Source: Chiloscyllium plagiosum
Lineage: Eukaryota
Reading direction: 5' to 3'
Length of the DNA stretch: 49,210 nt
NCBI RefSeq assembly: GCF_004010195.1
Contig: NC_057719.1
Span: forward strand, 80,403,486-80,452,695
A program made the position numbers and the translations under genes. The notes under the pieces are model-generated. The model was given only the letters and a program-made list of their open reading frames with translations, was not told the DNA's origin and made no database searches. Positions 47,990 to 49,210 of the stretch are shown piece after piece; positions within the stretch are counted from its first letter, which is position 1; each line of letters opens with the position of its first letter.

Positions 47990-49134
47990 TACCGATATTT
48001 TGAGGAGAAATAGACATTAACATTTTAAACAAAGTCACGCTGAATTGCAGGAAAAAAAAATGGTCTGGCAGCATCTGAGTGGAGAACACAGGAGACATGC
48101 TGAGTTTACTCAGCAATTTCTGTTTTTCTGTGTTCTGGAGAGGTAGTTCTGGCATCAGACATCAATGGGCTGTTTCCCCTCGCCTCCTTTCAACTCTTCC
48201 CAGCTCTTTGCTGAGGTAGTGAATGCACCGACTATCGGTCTTTCATTTAATGGTTGAGGATTCTCCGTTTCGGTGCCTCTTGACAGTAGTTTTGCTCTTT
48301 TCCTCTCAACAGTAGATTGGGAGTAAGAGCAGCTCATAGTGAAAGGTCAGGCAGAGTAGTTAGCTGAGATGGACTTTCTGATACTTCTCCCCATGGTAGA
48401 GAGAAAGAGAGAGAGGTGGATGCTTTTGAGAGGTGGACATTTGTGCTATATCACCTCCACCCAAGGCTGAAGCCACCTGTCCAGGAACCAATCAGATGGT
48501 TGTTACTAAGCTGAGCTCTCCTGAACCCACAGCTGGTGCTGATTAAAAGGCCAATAAGAAGACTGTCCCTCGGCAAGAATGCCCTGAGGGATCCGGCAAC
48601 CACCTCCACAACTCCCTACCTCTATCACACCCCTGCTGGACCCAACCTCACCACTTACCCCGGCACAGCCTGATTGCCCCCTCTCCCTGCCAGGACATAG
48701 TCCCTGCCATTCTACCCCAGGATCTGACACCACTCCCTCACACATCAACCAACAGCACTTTCCACCTCCAGAGACCTGTAACTTCCCCCGCCACTGGATC
48801 CAACATTCTCCTCACATCCCCTACCCCACACCACCAGGACCTGACACGCGTTCAAACCCCAAGACACAACACAAGATCATTTCCCCAGCACCCACTGCCA
48901 GATCTGTTGCCTGTTGACTCTCTCTGTTAGAAGACACTGAGCATTCTTTAACTTCATCAATTGTCAAAGTCTTAAACAGCAAGTATCAAAAATATCCAAA
49001 TACCAAATTATTCTTAAATACAAAGTGTAGACAGTCAAAGGAAACCATACTAGCAAACCTTCTGCTAAATTAATACTGCGCTAAAATCGAAACACATTAC
49101 CTAGGAATATGTAGCTGGCCACGGTTCCTTTGTC

Positions 49135-49210
49135 CTCCCTCACCTCACCAACACCTCACTCTCACCTCACCCTCACCTCACCCTCCACTTCACCCTTACC
49201 AACACCTCAC
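49135..49210. repeat. Degenerate (CCTCA)n simple repeat running off the window end
   Basis: ctcacctcaccaacacctcactctcacctcaccctcacctcac. Confidence 0.85.

Noticed and set aside
1..49210. CRISPR array or prokaryotic defence/operon system
   Set aside because: No regularly spaced repeat-spacer array and no gene-dense organisation; the recurring sequences are dispersed vertebrate retroelements

Overview
Eukaryotic, repeat-dense, apparently non-genic DNA (intron or intergenic) from a cartilaginous fish, most likely a shark. This is inferred from HE1-type V-SINEs, HER1/CR1 LINEs and SacSINE1-like DeuSINEs. I could not support any host protein-coding exon; the ORFs I can recognise are transposon debris. 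Content: many CR1-group LINE fragments, about 12 HE1 SINEs, several DeuSINEs, an RTE fragment, two Gypsy LTR-retrotransposon remnants (one 3' LTR with PPT; one 5' LTR with tRNA-Leu PBS and gag), a decayed Harbinger (transposase plus probable Myb-like ORF), a TA-flanked MITE and many Penelope-like (PLE) pieces. The most notable signal is at least three families of PLE terminal repeats carrying minimal hammerhead-ribozyme motifs (CTGA[T/A]GA-A-stem-GAAA with a loopless palindromic stem III). These occur as short, often palindromic, non-coding inserts with 10-16 bp target duplications; one forms a perfect 69-bp hairpin. There are also three apparent short-range duplications and several AT-rich, homeodomain-motif-rich unique islands that may be conserved enhancers. 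Assembly gaps lie at 5298-5316, 9021-9707 and 18134-18182. All family names come from recognition by eye, not database searches, and boundaries of decayed repeats are approximate.
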